Assembly: GCA_963765765.1 (NCBI GenBank)
Contig: CAVXYC010000027.1
Span: 1 to 64,000 of the forward strand
Source of the DNA: an uncultured Chloroflexia bacterium
GTDB lineage: Bacteria; Chloroflexota; UBA6077; JACCZL01
Length of the DNA: 64,000 bases
Direction: 5' to 3'
The position numbers and the translations under genes were made by a program. Positions 62,580 through 64,000 of the stretch are shown one piece after another; within the stretch, counting starts at the first letter, position 1, and the number at the start of each line of letters is the position of its first letter. The notes beneath the pieces were generated by a model. It was given only the letters and a program-made list of their open reading frames with translations. It searched no databases and had not been told where the DNA came from.

Positions 62580-63476
62580 TTAGACCTGCCGAAGTCGGGG
62601 ATCGAGCTGATCACGCAGCCAATCACCAAGCAGGTTCATGGACAGCGTTACGAGAAGAATAGCCATACCAGGACACATTGCAATCCACCACGCCGCCACG
62701 ATGTGATCGCGCCCGTCAGAAACCATGACGCCCCAGCTTGGCTGTGGTCGCGGAATACCCGCGCCCAGGAAGCTCAGCGTCGCCTCGAGCAATATGACGG
62801 TGCCAACCTGCAGTGTCACAAGGACAATCAGCGTGTTCACAACGTTCGGTAACACGTGACGGAACATGATTCGAATCGGTGAGCTACCTGCCACTTTGGC
62901 GCGCGCGATGAAGTCCTGCTCCTTGATCTGCAGGACCTCCGCGCGCACCTGTCTAGCGTATCTAGCCCATAAGAGGAACGAGACCACTGTGATGACTGTA
63001 ATAAAGCCTGGCCCCATCACCAGGACGAGCACAAGCGCCAACAAAATCAACGGCAGCGAGAGAGTGATGTCAATGAGCGCGGTGACAATGTTATCGAGCC
63101 AACCGCCGAAATAGCCTGAGGCGAGCCCGGCAACGATGCCGATAGTCCCGCCAACGAAGATAGCTGATAGTGAGACACCGAGTGAGATGCGCGCGCCGTG
63201 AATCAGTCGGCTCAAGACATCTCGACCTTGTTTGTCCGTCCCCAGGATGTACTCCGAGGAGCCACCTTCCATCCACATGGGTGGCGTCAATCGTTTGACT
63301 AAGCTCTGCTCCAGCGGATCGTGCGGCGAGATCTGATCCGCGAAAAGCGCGGGAATGACCAGGAACACCAGCAGAAGCGCGACAGGGATAATCGGATAAC
63401 GTTTGAGTTTTGACCAGAACGTGAAGCTGGGAACACCGACTATGGCTCTCGGGGCGGGCAGTGTAGCTTGCGCCAT
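62580..63476 (-). CDS. Peptide ABC permease (DppC/OppC-like)
   Basis: LGTDKQGRDVLSRLIHGAR, RHVLPN, EATLSFLG, NLLGDWLRD. Confidence 0.93.
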   Translation of the reverse strand: MAQATLPAPRAIVGVPSFTFWSKLKRYPIIPVALLLVFLVIPALFADQISPHDPLEQSLVKRLTPPMWMEGGSSEYILGTDKQGRDVLSRLIHGARISLGVSLSAIFVGGTIGIVAGLASGYFGGWLDNIVTALIDITLSLPLILLALVLVLVMGPGFITVITVVSFLLWARYARQVRAEVLQIKEQDFIARAKVAGSSPIRIMFRHVLPNVVNTLIVLVTLQVGTVILLEATLSFLGAGIPRPQPSWGVMVSDGRDHIVAAWWIAMCPGMAILLVTLSMNLLGDWLRDQLDPRLRQV

Positions 63477-63499
63477 GTATGCGTCTCCTCTTCTTCCTT

Positions 63500-64000
63500 C
63501 TAGGTGTACCTGACTCGCGGGTCGATGTAGGCGTATGCGATGTCGAGAAGCAGATTCATGAAAACAAACATTGCCGATCCTAGAAAGGCGACCGCCTGCA
63601 CCACCTGGTAGTCGCGAGCATTGACCGCCTCGAGAGCGAGGAGACCCACGCCTGGCCACGAGAATACTGTTTCGATGGTGACCGAGCCAGTAATGAGCTG
63701 CACAATGATTGCCCCAAAAAACGTGATGGGAGCAATGGAAGCATTCTTGAGTGCATGCTTCCAGATTACCTTATCCTCAGGCAGCCCCTTCACTCGCGCC
63801 AGCTTCACAAACTCCGTATCCAGAACGTTCAGCATCGACGAACGAATGAGGCGCATCAACGCCGCCACGGAGAACCACCCCAACGCGATTCCCGGAAGGA
63901 TGATGTTCTGAATACCGCCACGGCCGGACGTGGGGAACCAGCCAAGATTCGCGGCAAAGACCCAAATAAGTACGATGCCAAGCCAGAACTGCGGTAGGGA
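63500..64000 (-). CDS. Peptide ABC permease (DppB/OppB-like), 3' part; runs off the window
   Basis: RSSMLNVL..ARVKGL, KHALKNA, ETVFSWPGVG, RDYQVVQ, IDPRV. Confidence 0.92.
   Translation of the reverse strand, partial: SLPQFWLGIVLIWVFAANLGWFPTSGRGGIQNIILPGIALGWFSVAALMRLIRSSMLNVLDTEFVKLARVKGLPEDKVIWKHALKNASIAPITFFGAIIVQLITGSVTIETVFSWPGVGLLALEAVNARDYQVVQAVAFLGSAMFVFMNLLLDIAYAYIDPRVRYT

Overview
High-GC bacterial chromosomal segment, most likely Chloroflexota. This is inferred from Pro/Ala/Lys-rich lipoprotein linkers, DUF2171/PRC-barrel proteins, an RpoN with a Cys4 insert, and many LLM, Rieske and amidohydrolase enzymes. It carries organic-N and aromatic catabolism and uptake genes, a TreS-like GH13, rpoN with several sigma54 promoters, a MoxR/DUF58/DUF4350/DUF4129/RDD/SpoIIM cluster and a Dpp/Opp operon. 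About 14 genes are split by small frameshifts, which suggests long-read indel errors, possibly mixed with real decay. The most unusual structure is at ~42.0-51.9 kb: five full-length and two truncated paralogues of an orphan COG2984-type Tat lipoprotein. Most have their own apparently leaderless promoter, and they are punctuated by co-oriented ~28-bp dif/Xer-like sites (TCCGATAA-nnCCCA-TTATCGG), which suggests a recombinase-driven gene-cassette array. Also notable are a sigma54-driven small protein resembling the archaeal primase large-subunit C-terminal domain, and a mosaic amidohydrolase pair. All family calls come from motif recognition by eye; no database searches were run. No rRNA, tRNA or CRISPR array was seen.
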